Notes: generated from the letters alone by a model not told the origin. A DNA stretch of 64,000 nt from an uncultured Pseudomonadota bacterium (GCA_963843375.1 CAWJKT010000007.1:53683-117682); one strand, 5' to 3'; shown: positions 38,148 through 49,940, counted from the first letter of the stretch. Program-made: numbers and translations.

Positions 38148-39731
38148 TCAAAACTTAACGAACTTCAAATCCTGAATATGGGGTATCTCTCGGAGTTCGG
38201 CCATCACTTTTTCAGGAACATCATTGTCCACATTGACCATGGCGATGGCTTTCCCGCCTACGTCCTGGCGACCCACATAGAGTCCCGCGATATTGACCCC
38301 ATTGCTGCCAAGGGTGGTCCCCAATCTTCCCACTATTCCGGGCCTGTCCTCATGGGCCATCCATATCATGTTTCCCACAGGAGTAAAATCCGTTGTGTTG
38401 CCATCAAGATTCACGATACGGAATTCCTTTTTGCCAAATACCGTCCCCGAAATGGTATGGGTCCCCTTCTCGTTTTTCACGGTCACCGTGATCAATGAAG
38501 AGTAATCCTGAATACTGTTATTAACTGTTTCGGAAATTTCATACCCTCTTTCCTTCGCGATAATCAAAGCGTTCACGTAATTAACCGCCTCACTCATCCC
38601 TTTTTGAAGAATTCCTTTAACGAGACTGAGGGTTAGGGGCTTTGTGTCAAACTTAGCCACCTCCCCGTTGTACTCCACTTGAATTTTTTTAATATAAGAT
38701 TCGGCCAATTGGGAATGGAAGGACCCTATCTTTTCAGCCAATGTCAAATAAGGCTTCAATTCCTCAAGGATTTTCGGATCGAGTGAGGGCATATTGACCG
38801 CGGCTCGAACACGCCCCCCTTTCAATGCTTCAACCATTTGTTCCGCCACCACCACCGCCACGTTGACTTGAGCCTCTTGGGTAGCCGCTCCCAAATGCGG
38901 CACACACACCACATTCTCCAAAGTCAATAACGGACTATCAAAGGGCGGTTCTTTCTCAAAAACGTCCAAAGCGGCCCCAGCCACCTTGCCGACTTTCAAC
39001 GCCTCATAAAGGGCCACCTCGTCTATGATTCCACCCCGTGCGCAATTTACCAACCGCACACCGTCCTTCATCGCCTCGATTTGTTTCGCTCCGATCAAGC
39101 CTTTTGTTTCCTTGGTCAGGGGCGTATGGACGGTAATGAAATCAGCCTTCTTAATAATTTCATCAATCGTCACGATTTCAAACTCATGGCCTTTTGTTTT
39201 TGCCGGATCGACATAAGGATCGTAAGCCAGAATCCGCATACCCAAACCAATGGCCTTGCGGGCAACATTGGTGCCGATACGCCCTAATCCAACCACACCC
39301 AGAATTTTTTCATTCAATTCACACCCAATAAATTTGCTTCGTTCCCACTTCTTTTCTTTAAGGGACTGTTGGGCCTGAGGAATCTTACGGGCCATTGCCA
39401 TCAACATGGCAATCGTATGCTCCGAGGTGGAAATAGTATTGCCATCAGGAGTGTTCATAACAATAATTCCACGCTTGGTTGCAGCCTCTAAATCGACGTT
39501 ATCCACGCCAACGCCGGCCCTTCCAATGATCTTCATTTTCGTGGCTGCTTGGATCAAATCAGCTGTCACGGTGGTGCCGCTGCGAATAACCCAGGCATCG
39601 TAATTTCCAAGTATCTTCTTAAGTTCCTCGGGGGTCTTGCCCACCTGTTCATCGGTTTGAAAATCTTTTTCTCTACGGAAGATTTCCATGCCCTGTTCTG
39701 AAAGTTTGTCCGTAATCAGTATTTTGAACAT
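38148..39731 (-). CDS. serA: D-3-phosphoglycerate dehydrogenase (type I, ASB plus ACT)
   Basis: IGRAGVGVDNVD, GLGRIG, NCARGG, PHLGAAT and the C-terminal ACT domain DRPGIVG. Confidence 0.95.
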   Translation of the reverse strand: MFKILITDKLSEQGMEIFRREKDFQTDEQVGKTPEELKKILGNYDAWVIRSGTTVTADLIQAATKMKIIGRAGVGVDNVDLEAATKRGIIVMNTPDGNTISTSEHTIAMLMAMARKIPQAQQSLKEKKWERSKFIGCELNEKILGVVGLGRIGTNVARKAIGLGMRILAYDPYVDPAKTKGHEFEIVTIDEIIKKADFITVHTPLTKETKGLIGAKQIEAMKDGVRLVNCARGGIIDEVALYEALKVGKVAGAALDVFEKEPPFDSPLLTLENVVCVPHLGAATQEAQVNVAVVVAEQMVEALKGGRVRAAVNMPSLDPKILEELKPYLTLAEKIGSFHSQLAESYIKKIQVEYNGEVAKFDTKPLTLSLVKGILQKGMSEAVNYVNALIIAKERGYEISETVNNSIQDYSSLITVTVKNEKGTHTISGTVFGKKEFRIVNLDGNTTDFTPVGNMIWMAHEDRPGIVGRLGTTLGSNGVNIAGLYVGRQDVGGKAIAMVNVDNDVPEKVMAELREIPHIQDLKFVKF

Positions 39732-39745
39732 TAATTTTTAAATCC

Positions 39746-40900
39746 TTAAAGATTTTCGGCCAAAAGGATTTCCTCAGCCGCTTTCACGCCGGTTCCCAAG
39801 GGAACGTTTTTACCTAATTTATGCATGACCATTTCCAATGTGGCGATACCCAAAATCACATCTGAACCATCGACATAACCCAAATGGCCAATGCGGAAAA
39901 TTTTGCCTTTCACTTTCGCCTGCCCGCCAGCAATGCTAATCCCGTAAGTGTCACGAAAGGTCTTATTTATTAGACCGCTGTCGATACCTTCCGGCGCGAC
40001 AACCGCGGTCAGTGCGTTTGAAGGGGACTTGGGTGCAAATAACTTCAGCCCCAACGCTTCCACGCCCGCCCGGGTGGCCTTTGCCAATCCGGCATGCCTC
40101 GCCCAGACTTTTTCCATGCCTTCTTGGTTTATCATTTCCAATGCCTTCCGAACCTGGATAATCAGGGAAATAGCCGGCGTAAAAGGAGTGTCAGGCATTT
40201 TTTCTTCGGTCAACTTTTTTAAGGCCTTGTCGTAGCTAAAGTAATAGCGGGGATTCTTGGCGCTTTTCGTTTTTTCAACGGCTGCCGGCAAAGCGCAAAC
40301 AAAACCAAGTCCCGGTGGAATCATGAAGCCTTTTTGTGAACCGGATAGGACCAAATCCACACCCCAGGCGTCCGTTTCGCAAGGCATGGCGCCAAGTCCG
40401 GATATGGCATCAACCACTATCAGTGCTCCGGCCTCATGAACCACTTTTGTCATGGATTGAATATCGTTAACGACACCCGTGGAAGTTTCATTCAAAGTGG
40501 TAAATACAAGTTTGACATCTGGGGAAGCTTTCAACCTTTTCTTGACCTCTTCCGGGTCCACCGCCTGGCCCCATTCAGCCTCATAAAGATCCGCCTGTAC
40601 CCCGTAAACCTGGCAAATGTCCTTCCAGCGGTTTCCAAAATGACCAGCAGAGGCCACCAAAACTTTTTCCCCCGGAGAAGTGAGGTTGCAAACCGCCGAT
40701 TCCATAACACCCGTTCCAACAGAAGCAAAGGTCATAACAGGCTGTTTGGTACGGAAAAACAACTTAAGACCGTCATGAGCATCCTTAAAAATTGCCTGAA
40801 ACTGGGGTGTCCGGTGATGAATGATCGGCATTGAGGCTTCAGCTAAAACCTCAGCCGGAATAGGGGTTGGACCAGGAGCCATAATGTATTTTTTTCGCAT
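39746..40900 (-). CDS. class V aminotransferase (serine-pyruvate/alanine-glyoxylate family), serA-associated
   Basis: APGPTP, HHRT, NETSTGV, VDAISG, SGSQKGFMIPPGL and FRIGHLG. Confidence 0.9.
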   Translation of the reverse strand: MRKKYIMAPGPTPIPAEVLAEASMPIIHHRTPQFQAIFKDAHDGLKLFFRTKQPVMTFASVGTGVMESAVCNLTSPGEKVLVASAGHFGNRWKDICQVYGVQADLYEAEWGQAVDPEEVKKRLKASPDVKLVFTTLNETSTGVVNDIQSMTKVVHEAGALIVVDAISGLGAMPCETDAWGVDLVLSGSQKGFMIPPGLGFVCALPAAVEKTKSAKNPRYYFSYDKALKKLTEEKMPDTPFTPAISLIIQVRKALEMINQEGMEKVWARHAGLAKATRAGVEALGLKLFAPKSPSNALTAVVAPEGIDSGLINKTFRDTYGISIAGGQAKVKGKIFRIGHLGYVDGSDVILGIATLEMVMHKLGKNVPLGTGVKAAEEILLAENL

Positions 40901-40988
40901 GGAGAACCTCGTTTAATCGACCGGTAGGTTTGGAAAGGAAATTGGAGAATCCGGTTTTTTTAGCCTAAAATAACAAATTTCGAGCTTC

Positions 40989-41067
40989 TTGTGATTTTTT
41001 TCACAAAGTCACGTTAGTATAACTTTTGAGAAAGTAGTGTCAAGGAACTTTGAGAAATGTTTCACAA
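40989..41067 (-). promoter_or_regulatory. sigma70 promoter flanked by two 18-bp Rex-like (or CRP-like) operators
   Basis: Minus strand TTGACA (41038-41043)-N16-TATACT (41016-41021). Boxes TTGTGATTTTTTTCACAA (40989-41006) and TTGAGAAATGTTTCACAA (41050-41067). Confidence 0.6.
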
Positions 41068-41074
41068 AGGGGTT

Positions 41075-41908
41075 CTAGGACGCATTCAAATTAAGAAAAT
41101 TGCTGATCATGGCGCCAACTTCCTCAGGTTTTTCATGTGGCACAAAATGTCCAGTCCCTTGGACTACCTCAAAAGTTGTATTTGGATGGATTTTCCTGAA
41201 GGTCTTTTCACTTTCGGCTGTAAAAGTGTTTGAAAATTCACCTCGAATGACCAAGCTGGGTTGCTTTAGCATTGCCGCAAACTTCCAAACGTCAGTTGGT
41301 ATTGTTTTATAGATTCGCGCTTCCCACTCGGGCGGATAGATGAGTTGGACACCACCTTCCGCCAAAGGCCCCGTTATACTCTCGGTATATGTCTTAACCA
41401 TATCGTCAGACCAATTTTTAAAAAGATTCCGCTGCCTAAAATATCCATAAGCTGCTTCGATATTCGTCCAAGTTCTTTTGCGCCGCAATGCCCCCTTGAC
41501 TAAAAATGACCTAGCTTCAAGACCAAAGAGTTTCATGAATTTAATTTTCCATAAAAGCTTAGGTGGCAGCATGGTAGGATCTATTAAAATAACATGGCTG
41601 AAAAGATCAGGCTCTTTGATCGCCGCGTAAAGAGTGACCACACCCCCCAAACTATGTCCGATTCCTATTATTTTTTGGCCTCCAAAACCCTTTAAACCCT
41701 CAATGAGATCGTCGGCCAATTGCGACCAATCCCGAAGCCATTCGGGAGGCGTATCCCCCCATAGAGGCCGTGCAAATAAAGATACAACATGGAAATGGGG
41801 TAAAAGCCTTTGAGTTGTTTTTTGGTAGGTGGCGGGTGGAAAGCCATTAGCATGGGCTAAATGAACAAGAGGCTTGTTGGAATTGGGATTAAAATCTTGA
41901 AACTTCAA
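41075..41908 (-). CDS. alpha/beta hydrolase
   Basis: HANGF oxyanion motif, GHSLGG nucleophile elbow, GHFVPHEKP. Confidence 0.9.
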   Translation of the reverse strand: MKFQDFNPNSNKPLVHLAHANGFPPATYQKTTQRLLPHFHVVSLFARPLWGDTPPEWLRDWSQLADDLIEGLKGFGGQKIIGIGHSLGGVVTLYAAIKEPDLFSHVILIDPTMLPPKLLWKIKFMKLFGLEARSFLVKGALRRKRTWTNIEAAYGYFRQRNLFKNWSDDMVKTYTESITGPLAEGGVQLIYPPEWEARIYKTIPTDVWKFAAMLKQPSLVIRGEFSNTFTAESEKTFRKIHPNTTFEVVQGTGHFVPHEKPEEVGAMISNFLNLNAS

Positions 41909-43171
41909 GCCGTATTTTCGCCGCGGCCTTTTTGATAAACTACGATTGGTTCTTCCCGTTTCAGGATGACCCCTTCGGTGATGACAACTTCTTTGATGTC
42001 CTTACGGGAAGGAATTTCGTACATCAAATCCATCATGACTTCCTCGAGGATTGACCGAAGACCCCTGGCACCTGATTGCCGCTTAATGGCTTCCTTGGAT
42101 ACCGCATGCAAGGCCTCAGGAGTGAATTTAAGCTTCACGTTTTCCATTTCAAAATAACGTTGGTATTGTTTGGTCACGGCGTTCTTGGGTTCGGTCAATA
42201 CCCGGACCAAAGAGGCCTCATCCAACTCATGCAGGGCGGCCACGACCGGAAGACGCCCTATAAATTCCGGTATCAACCCGAATTTGATGAGGTCTTCGGG
42301 CTGAACTTGCTCGAATAATTCACCTAGCTTTTTTTCTTGCCGGCTGAAGGCTTCGCCCTTAAATCCAATGCTACGGCGCCCCAGGCGGTTTTCGACGATT
42401 TTTTCCAAGCCCACAAAGGCTCCCCCGCAGATGAACAGGATATTGCTCGAATTTACCTTGATGTATTCCTGATGGGGATGCTTGCGGCCACCCTGGGGCG
42501 GAACATTTACTTCTGTTCCCTCGATAATTTTCAAAAGGGCCTGTTGAACGCCTTCCCCCGACACGTCGCGGGTAATGCTGGCGTTTTCCGATTTGCGGCT
42601 GATTTTATCAATTTCGTCGATATAAATGATTCCCCGTTCCGCTCTTTGGACGTCAAATTCGGAGTTTTGGAGAAGCTTAAGGATGATATTTTCAACATCC
42701 TCGCCCACATATCCCGCTTCAGTAAGAGTGGTGGCATCCGCCACGGCAAACGGCACATCCAATATGCGGGCCAGGGTTTGGGCCAATAGGGTCTTCCCGA
42801 CTCCCGTGGGCCCAATCAAAAGAACGTTGCTTTTCTGGAGTTCCACATCTTCCGGTCCCGGTCTTTACCATCAAACGCTTGTAGTGATTGTGGACGGCGA
42901 CGGATAGGGTTTTTTTGGCTTTTTCCTGCCCGATCACGTACTCATCCAGGACTTCCTTGATATCGACCGGTTTAGGAACGGAAAGTTTCCCCTTGGGTTG
43001 CCCGGTTTTAGCTTCCCCTTTGTCCTCTTCCTTGAGGATGTCGTTACAAAGGGCCACACATTCATTGCAGATATAAACGGTGGGACCCGCAACAAGTTTT
43101 TTCACCTCGTCCTGGGTCTTACCGCAGAAAGAGCATCTTAAAAATGAAGTTTTTTCTTTATCGCCAGGCAT
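41905..43171 (-). CDS. clpX: ATP-dependent Clp protease ATP-binding subunit, one apparent frameshift near 42860
   Basis: CSFCGK zinc finger in 42719-43171; [26 protein letters not shown] and GARGLR in 41905-42846. Confidence 0.95.
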
Positions 43172-43185
43172 CGCAACTCCAAGTT

Positions 43186-43787
43186 TTACTTTTTCTTGGA
43201 TTCGGGCCGTTTGGTCAGAATATCGTCGATCAAGCCGTATTCCTTGGCTTCTTCCGCGGTCATGAAATAATCCCGCTCCACATCCTCCTCTATCTTGTCA
43301 AGAGACTTTGTCCGGTGTGTAAGGCCAACATCTTGTTGAGTCGTTCTCTCGTTTTGAGGATTTCTTTGGCTTGGATCTCGATGTCCGTAGCCTGGCCCTG
43401 GGTTCCGCCGGAGGGCTGGTGGATCATGATTTGGGCATTGGGAAGGGCAAACCGCTTTCCCTTTGCACCAGCCGTCAAAAGCAGGCCGCCCATACTGGCG
43501 GCCTGACCCACGCAAATAGTGGAAACCGGGGCCTTCATGAACTGGATAGTATCGTAAATCGCCAATCCCGAGGTCACCACACCTCCGGGGCTATTGATAT
43601 AAATATTGATGTCCTTATCCGGATCCTCCGATTCCAAAAACAGAAGCTGAGCGATAATGGTGTTGGCCACATCATCATTGATCGGGGTTCCCAACATGAC
43701 GATACGGTCTTTCAGCAACCGGGAATAAATATCATAAGACCTTTCCCCCCGGTTGGTTTGTTCGACTACAATCGGAATAAGTGCCAT
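43186..43787 (-). CDS. clpP: ATP-dependent Clp protease proteolytic subunit, one apparent frameshift near 43300
   Basis: [23 protein letters not shown] and IMIHQP. The C-terminus [17 protein letters not shown] is in another frame. Confidence 0.95.
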
Positions 43788-43806
43788 AAATTCCTCCGAA
43801 ACTTAG

Positions 43807-45092
43807 TTATGCCGCTTCAATTTTCGCCTGTGCGATCAAAAAATCCAAGGTCTTTTCATATTGAATCCACTCTTTAATCGACTCCGTATTTCCCTGTTGC
43901 TGCAAGTAACGCTTCACCACATCCACCGGTTGGTTGACATTTCTGGAGACTTTATCGAAATAAGCCTCCAAATCCTTTTCCTCGCACTTAATACTTCTCA
44001 ATAACGCGATTTTCTCAACGATCAAGGCCATATGAACATTCTTTTGAGCCACAGGCCTTAAATTTTCCACAAACTCTTTCTTTTGCGCATCGGAAAGTTT
44101 ATTCGCGTCAATTCCTTGGTTTTTTAACCGTTCAACACCCTGCTTAACCAGCCGCTGTTGCTCAAATTAATCAGGGAGACGGGGACATCAAAAGGATGAT
44201 CGGCAATCAATTTCTCGCCGATTTGCTCGACCATTTTGGCCCGTTGCTCATTTTCCTTAGTCGGTCTTGATCTGAGCTTTCCAACTTTTCCCGAAGTTCC
44301 TTTACTGTTTCGCTTTTCCCCACATCTTTGGCGAAATCATCGTCGACCACCGGAAGCTTCTTTTCCTTAATTTCATGGATCGATCACCGTGAATTCGGCT
44401 TCCTGCCCCGCGACTTCTTTTTTCCCATAATCTTGAGGGAAAGGTCATCTTGAACGTTTTGCTCTCGCCCTTCTTCACACCAATAAGGTTCGACTCGAAA
44501 TCTTTCAATAGGTTGTTTGAACCAAGCAACACAGGATAACGACTTGCCTTACCCCCCTCAAAAGCTTTTCCGGCGATTTTCCCCTCGAAATCAATGACGA
44601 CCAGATCGTCTTCTTTGGTGGACCGGTCTTCCACTGGGATGAATTGGGCCATTTGGTCGCGTAAATTGTCTAAGGCTTTATCCACTTCTTCTTCATTTAC
44701 CGATGTTTTCTCTTTCTTGATCTTGAGCCCTTTATAGTCTTTCAATTCGAATTCGGGTTTGATTTCCACGGTGGCGACGAACTTCAGGGGCGATCCCTCC
44801 TCAAATTGAAGGTGGGTGATTTGGGGTTGGGAAACGGGGTCGATTTTCTGGTCGATCAAGGCGGCTCGGAAAAACTCCGGCAATTCATGGTGAACGATTT
44901 CTTCCCGAACGGTCGATTTATATTGCTTCTTAATAACATCCAGTGGAGCCTTGCCTTTGCGGAATCCGGGCAATTTAGCATCGCGGGAAATGCTTCCATA
45001 AATATCATCCACCTTGGTTTGGACAGTTTCTACGGGCACCTCCACATGAACTTCTTTGGTGCAACCCGAGACGTTATTAACCTGACTTTCAC
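43807..45092 (-). CDS. tig: trigger factor, several apparent frameshifts
   Basis: PGFRKGKAP signature, FKBP domain IDFEGKIAGKAFEGG, C-terminal EKTLDFLIAQAKI. GTG 45092 after AAGGAG. tig-clpP-clpX synteny. Confidence 0.92.
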
Positions 45093-45126
45093 AATAATCT
45101 CCTTACATTTTCTATAATGGATAGAA

Positions 45127-45211
45127 TGGTGCGAGGGGGGGGAGTTGAACCCCCACGGGTTACCCCGCCAGAACCTAAATCTGGTGCGTCTGCCAGTTTC
45201 GCCACCCTCGC
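45127..45211 (-). tRNA. tRNA-Leu (anticodon TAG)
   Basis: GCGAGGG/CCCTCGC acceptor stem plus ACCA, anticodon arm CCAGA-TTTAGGT-TCTGG, long variable arm, GGGGG-TTCAACT-CCCCC T arm. Upstream of tig as is common. Confidence 0.95.
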
Positions 45212-45563
45212 ATTAAACAGGTGGCAAACAATGTTTGCCACAACTTGGCCTAAGGAGGGTGGCACCTACCCTATTTCCTAACCATTAAATTATTTTCCCA
45301 AATGGGTGCGCCACCGTTAAAGAACCGGGCGTCAATAATAGCGCTTGGAACAAATCTTCAAAAACCCTTAAAACGGGCCCCATCTTACCGGTGGCTGAGC
45401 GACTCACGTCAATTTAGGAACCCAAGTTTTTAATGAAAGAAGATGAAAAACCAAGGATAAATCGGGACAAATTAACCTTTGGACACTGGATAATAGATTT
45501 CACCACATCCTTTATTCAATATCAATAGAGGTAAGATTGAATTCACTTATTAAGGATCGTTGA

Positions 45564-47152
45564 ATGAGACCTTCGGAAGTATCCCATATCGACTTAGCCA
45601 TTATCGGCGGTGGAATCAATGGCGCGGGTTTGGCCGCTCAAGCGGCCAGAGCCGGTCTTTCGGTGGTCCTTTTTGAAAAAGGGCGATTTCGCCTCCGGTA
45701 CTTCCAGTAAATCCACCAAATTAGTTCATGGTGGTATCCGTTATCTTGAACAGGGTCGCTTTTCCTTAGTATTCGAAGCCCTTCACGAAAGACAACGTTT
45801 GATCAAAACGGTTCCCCATCTGGTTCATCCCATTTCATTCCTTCTTCCGTCTTATAAAGGGTGATGGGCTCCCCGCCTGGAAACTTAAAATAGGCTTATG
45901 GCTTTACGATCTCTTGGCCGGAACCAAAACATCGCCAAACACCGTTGGTTTTCCCCTTCCGAAGACCCTCGAAAAAGACCCCGAGCTTAATTCCCATGGA
46001 CTTGACGGGATGTGGACTTTACTACGACGCCCAGGTAAATGACGCCCGTTTGGTTTTGGAAAATATCCTTGCCGCCGAAATTTCGGGGGCCCATTGTTTC
46101 AATTATTGCCAAGTAACACAAATTGATCGAACCAGCTAACGAAATTAGGATCTTTTATCGCGACGAACGGTCAAACGCCGCCGGAGTTGTCACCGCAGCT
46201 TGTCTCGTGAACGCTTCCGGGCCATGGGCCGGAAAAACCGCAAGACTCATTTCGGACGACTCCCTCCCATTGGTTCGCCCAACCCGGGGAACTCATATTG
46301 TTGTACCTCAAATAACTTCCTCACATGCAGTCCTCATCCGACTCAAAAGGACAAACGCGTCATTTTCGTGATCCCATGGCGGGGTTACAGCTTGGTTGGC
46401 ACAACCGATCTGGATGATTCCGAAAATCCAGACAAGGTTCATCCTACCGAGGATGAGATCCAATACTTGCTCTAAGGAAGCTTCCCGTGTTTTTCCTAAA
46501 TATTCATGGGATCAAAAGCAAGTGATCGCCGCTTTCGCCGGCCTGCGTCCCTTGGCCTGGTCCGATGGAGGTCATGCTTCCGACGTGTCCCGTGAAGATA
46601 AAATCCTGTTGCGATGGCAATATCCTGACCATTGTCGGCGGTAAATTAACGACTTATCACGCCGATGGCCAAAAAAGCCCTCTCGTTGGTCAAGAAAAAT
46701 ACTTAAAAAAAACCATCGAAAACTCGACGGTCCATTTGCCCGGTGCTCCTGAAAAACCCTGGGATTTATTTTTAAAAGATGAAACTCAAAAATGGGTTTC
46801 TAAGTATGAACTAAAGGAATCCCAAGCGGTTCACTTTGCCCAACTTTACGGAAAGAAGGCCGAGGAGGTTCTGGCTCTCCTGGAGGAAGATCCTCGTCTT
46901 TGCGAGCATCTTCATCCCTCAAGACCTGAAGTTTTGGCCCAGATGGCTTACGCGGTTCGAAATGAAAAAGCCTTGCATCTCGAGGACGCGATGCTTCGAA
47001 GGTTGGAAATTGGTTATAGCAGGGAACGGTGGGGGGAGGCTGCGGAAAAAGCCTCACGACTCATGGCTGAACTTTTAAACTGGGACGAGAATATAAGAAT
47101 AAAAGAATTGGAAAGGTACCGCCAACAGCTCTACCCGGCTCCGATGGCATGA
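45564..47152 (+). CDS. glpD: FAD-dependent glycerol-3-phosphate dehydrogenase, multiple apparent frameshifts
   Basis: Consecutive fragments: DLAIIGGGINGAG, DFASGTSSKSTKLVHGGIRYLE, DAQVNDARL, VNASGPW, GTTD, AGLRPL, GGKLTT. Confidence 0.88.
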
Positions 47153-47237
47153 TCCAAGCCTTGACTTGTTTTGCATCAAAGACGTAAGTTAACATGCGTT
47201 TCGTTTCAAACCCAAACGATATCTTGGAGGAATCTTT

Positions 47238-48164
47238 ATGGAAAAAGTTATCATCATCGGGTCAGGCCCGGCCGGTTACACGGCCGCATTATATGCTTCC
47301 CGCGCCAATCTGAATCCCCTCTTGATTGATGGGCCACAACCCGGTGGACAATTGACCACCACAACCGAGGTCGAGAATTTCCCCGGATTCCCTGATGGCA
47401 TCCAAGGGCCCCAATTGATGGAAAACATGAAGCAGCAGGCGGCCAGGTTCGGCACTCGTTACAAAACGGGTTTTGTGACAAAAGTTGATTTTTCCAAGAG
47501 GCCCTTTAAGCTTTGGGTAGACGAAAAAGAGCAATTAGAATCCGAATCCATCATCATTTGCACCGGGGCCTCGGCTAAATATGGCGGAGTTCCCCGCGAA
47601 ATGGATTTGGTGGGCCACGGTGTTTCCGCTTGCGCAACGTGTGACGGTTTTTTCTTTAAAAACCAGGAAATTGCGGTTGTGGGCGGGGGTGACTCGGCCA
47701 TGGAAGAAGCCAATTTCCTGACCAAGTTTGGCAAAAGCGTGACCATTATTCATCGCCGGGACGAATTCCGTGCCTCGAAAATCATGTTGGAAAGGGCAAA
47801 AAACAACGCCAAAATCAAATGGATGATGAACTCCACCATCACTGAATTAGTGGGAGAAAAAGTGCTTGAGGGAATAAAAGTCAAAAACCTAAAAACAAAC
47901 GAGGAGAAGGTTTATCCCTTCACTGGCCTCTTTTTCGCCATTGGCCACAACCCGAACACTTCAATTTTTAAAGGCCAATTGAACATGGATGAAGTGGGTT
48001 ATTTAAAACTACCCGATCCCCCCAAGACAATCACCAACATCCCAGGGGTCTTCGCCGCAGGCGACGTGGCGGACCATTATTACCGCCAAGCCATTTCAGC
48101 CGCGGGAATGGGCTGCATGGCCGCTATTGAAGCCGAAAGATGGCTTTCCGAACAAGGCCATTAA
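47238..48164 (+). CDS. trxB: thioredoxin-disulfide reductase
   Basis: IGSGPAGYTAA, GGQLTTT, CATCDG, GGGDSAMEEA, HRRD and GVFAAGDV. RBS GGAGG. Confidence 0.97.
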   Translation: MEKVIIIGSGPAGYTAALYASRANLNPLLIDGPQPGGQLTTTTEVENFPGFPDGIQGPQLMENMKQQAARFGTRYKTGFVTKVDFSKRPFKLWVDEKEQLESESIIICTGASAKYGGVPREMDLVGHGVSACATCDGFFFKNQEIAVVGGGDSAMEEANFLTKFGKSVTIIHRRDEFRASKIMLERAKNNAKIKWMMNSTITELVGEKVLEGIKVKNLKTNEEKVYPFTGLFFAIGHNPNTSIFKGQLNMDEVGYLKLPDPPKTITNIPGVFAAGDVADHYYRQAISAAGMGCMAAIEAERWLSEQGH

Positions 48165-48200
48165 GTACAGCTATAGCAGGCCCGAACAACAATACTGTTC

Positions 48201-49853
48201 TTAAATTTCCATGATGACCGGCATAATCATCGGACGCCGATTGGATTTCTGGGAGAAATATTTTTGAAGGGTTTTCCGCATTGTCTCCTTGACGGTTGAC
48301 CAATCGGTGATCTTGTCGTGGATTTCGTCCTCCAAAGTCTTTCTAAGCAATTCCTTGGCGTCATTCATCAACTCATCCGAAAGGCTCTCGGAAAAACCTC
48401 GTGTGACCAGGTCCGGACCACCCACGATTTTCCCTTTGGCCATATCCACGGTGACAAGGCCCACCACCACCCCGTCCTGGGACAGATGGAGGCGGTCCCG
48501 CAATACAACCTCCCCCACGTCCGAGATGTGTTTCCCATCTACTAAAATGGTACCCCCTGAGAGCTCCTTCTCAATTCGCGCCTCTTCACCCTCAAGAACA
48601 AATTTCTCGCCATTTTCCAGAATGATGGTATTTTGCGGCGATATGCCCATTTGCTCCGCCAACCGGGCATGCAAAACCAGGTGTCGGTATTCCCCGTGTA
48701 CGGGTATGAAATACTTCGGTTTTACCAGGGCAATCATGATTTTCTGCTCTTCCTGGCAGGCGTGACCCGAAACATGGATTTCGGAAACCGCCTCATACAA
48801 CACTTCGGCCCCCCGGCGGTAAAGCAAGTTGATGATATTGGAAATTGCTCTTTCGTTCCCGGGAATGGTGCGGGCGGACAAAAGCACCATATCGTCCGGT
48901 TGAAGGGAAATTTGCTTATGATCCCCCATGGCCATGCGGGAAACGCTGCTCATGGGCTCCCCCTGGCTACCGGTAGTCACAATGACAATTTCTTTCGGGT
49001 CCATGCCTTTCAGGTTATCCGGCTGGACCAGCAGATTGGCGGGTATATGCATAAAGCCTAAGTCCCGGGCTACTTGGGTATTCCTCACCATACTACGGCC
49101 CATAATACAGACTTTGCGCCCCACTTTTTTTGCCGCCTCAATGACCTGCTGAACGCGATGGATATTGCTGGCAAAACAAGCCACGATGATCCGGCGCTTG
49201 GCCTTGGGAAATATTCGTTCAAATTCCTCCCCGACAACCTTTTCCGAGAGGGTGTAGCCTTCCCTTTCCACATTGGTGGAATCGGACATGAGTATTAAAA
49301 CACCCTTGGACCCATAGTCGGCAAAACGGTTCAGGTCGGTTGGAATCCCGTCAACAGGGGTCGGGTCAATCTTGAAATCCCCCGTGTGAATTACGACCCC
49401 AGCGGGAGTAGTCAGGGCGATTCCGCATCCATCCACGATGCTATGGGTGACCCGAATAAATTCAACGTGAAAAGGCCCGATATCAAAAGTTTTCTTGGGA
49501 TCAACCTCGACGAAAGTCGGGGGGGCCTGGAGTTTGAATTCTTCCAGCTTTGCTTTCACGAAACCCAATGTCAGTTTCGTTCCATAAATAGGCACATTGA
49601 GCTTTTGAAGGATATAAGGGACAGCCCCAATATGGTCCTCGTGACCATGAGTGAGGAGAATGGCCTTCAACCGGCCAGGGGTCTCCGCGAGAAAATTGAA
49701 ATCCGGAATGATGTAATCCACCCCCGGGTGCATCTCATCCGGAAACATCAGGCCCGCATCGATCATGACGGCCTGGCCGTCGTACTCCAGCAGGGCCATG
49801 TTTTTACCGATTTCGCCCAAGCCGCCTAACGGAATAAAAGAAAGTTGTCCCAA
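48201..49853 (-). CDS. rnj: ribonuclease J
   Basis: PLGGLGEIGKN, THGHEDHIG, HTGDFK, TGSQGEP, HVSGH and PVHGE. Confidence 0.96.
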   Translation of the reverse strand: MGQLSFIPLGGLGEIGKNMALLEYDGQAVMIDAGLMFPDEMHPGVDYIIPDFNFLAETPGRLKAILLTHGHEDHIGAVPYILQKLNVPIYGTKLTLGFVKAKLEEFKLQAPPTFVEVDPKKTFDIGPFHVEFIRVTHSIVDGCGIALTTPAGVVIHTGDFKIDPTPVDGIPTDLNRFADYGSKGVLILMSDSTNVEREGYTLSEKVVGEEFERIFPKAKRRIIVACFASNIHRVQQVIEAAKKVGRKVCIMGRSMVRNTQVARDLGFMHIPANLLVQPDNLKGMDPKEIVIVTTGSQGEPMSSVSRMAMGDHKQISLQPDDMVLLSARTIPGNERAISNIINLLYRRGAEVLYEAVSEIHVSGHACQEEQKIMIALVKPKYFIPVHGEYRHLVLHARLAEQMGISPQNTIILENGEKFVLEGEEARIEKELSGGTILVDGKHISDVGEVVLRDRLHLSQDGVVVGLVTVDMAKGKIVGGPDLVTRGFSESLSDELMNDAKELLRKTLEDEIHDKITDWSTVKETMRKTLQKYFSQKSNRRPMIMPVIMEI

Positions 49854-49881
49854 ATTTGTTATTCCTTGTGATTGAAAGGCT

Positions 49882-49920
49882 AAAAAAGAAAGCCCTCTTC
49901 AGAATTGGAAGAAGGCTTTC
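49882..49920 (-). terminator. intrinsic terminator after the RRM gene
   Basis: Minus strand GAAAGCCTTCTTC-loop-GAAGAGGGCTTTC followed by a T tract. Confidence 0.7.
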
Positions 49921-49940
49921 GATTATGAATTAAAGCTTAT

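Noticed and set aside
41905..47152. Frameshifts in clpX, clpP, tig and glpD as pseudogenisation or programmed frameshifting
   Set aside because: Single-base indels cluster in one stretch across normally conserved genes, often at homopolymers, while the protein motifs stay intact. This is typical of low-coverage long-read error.
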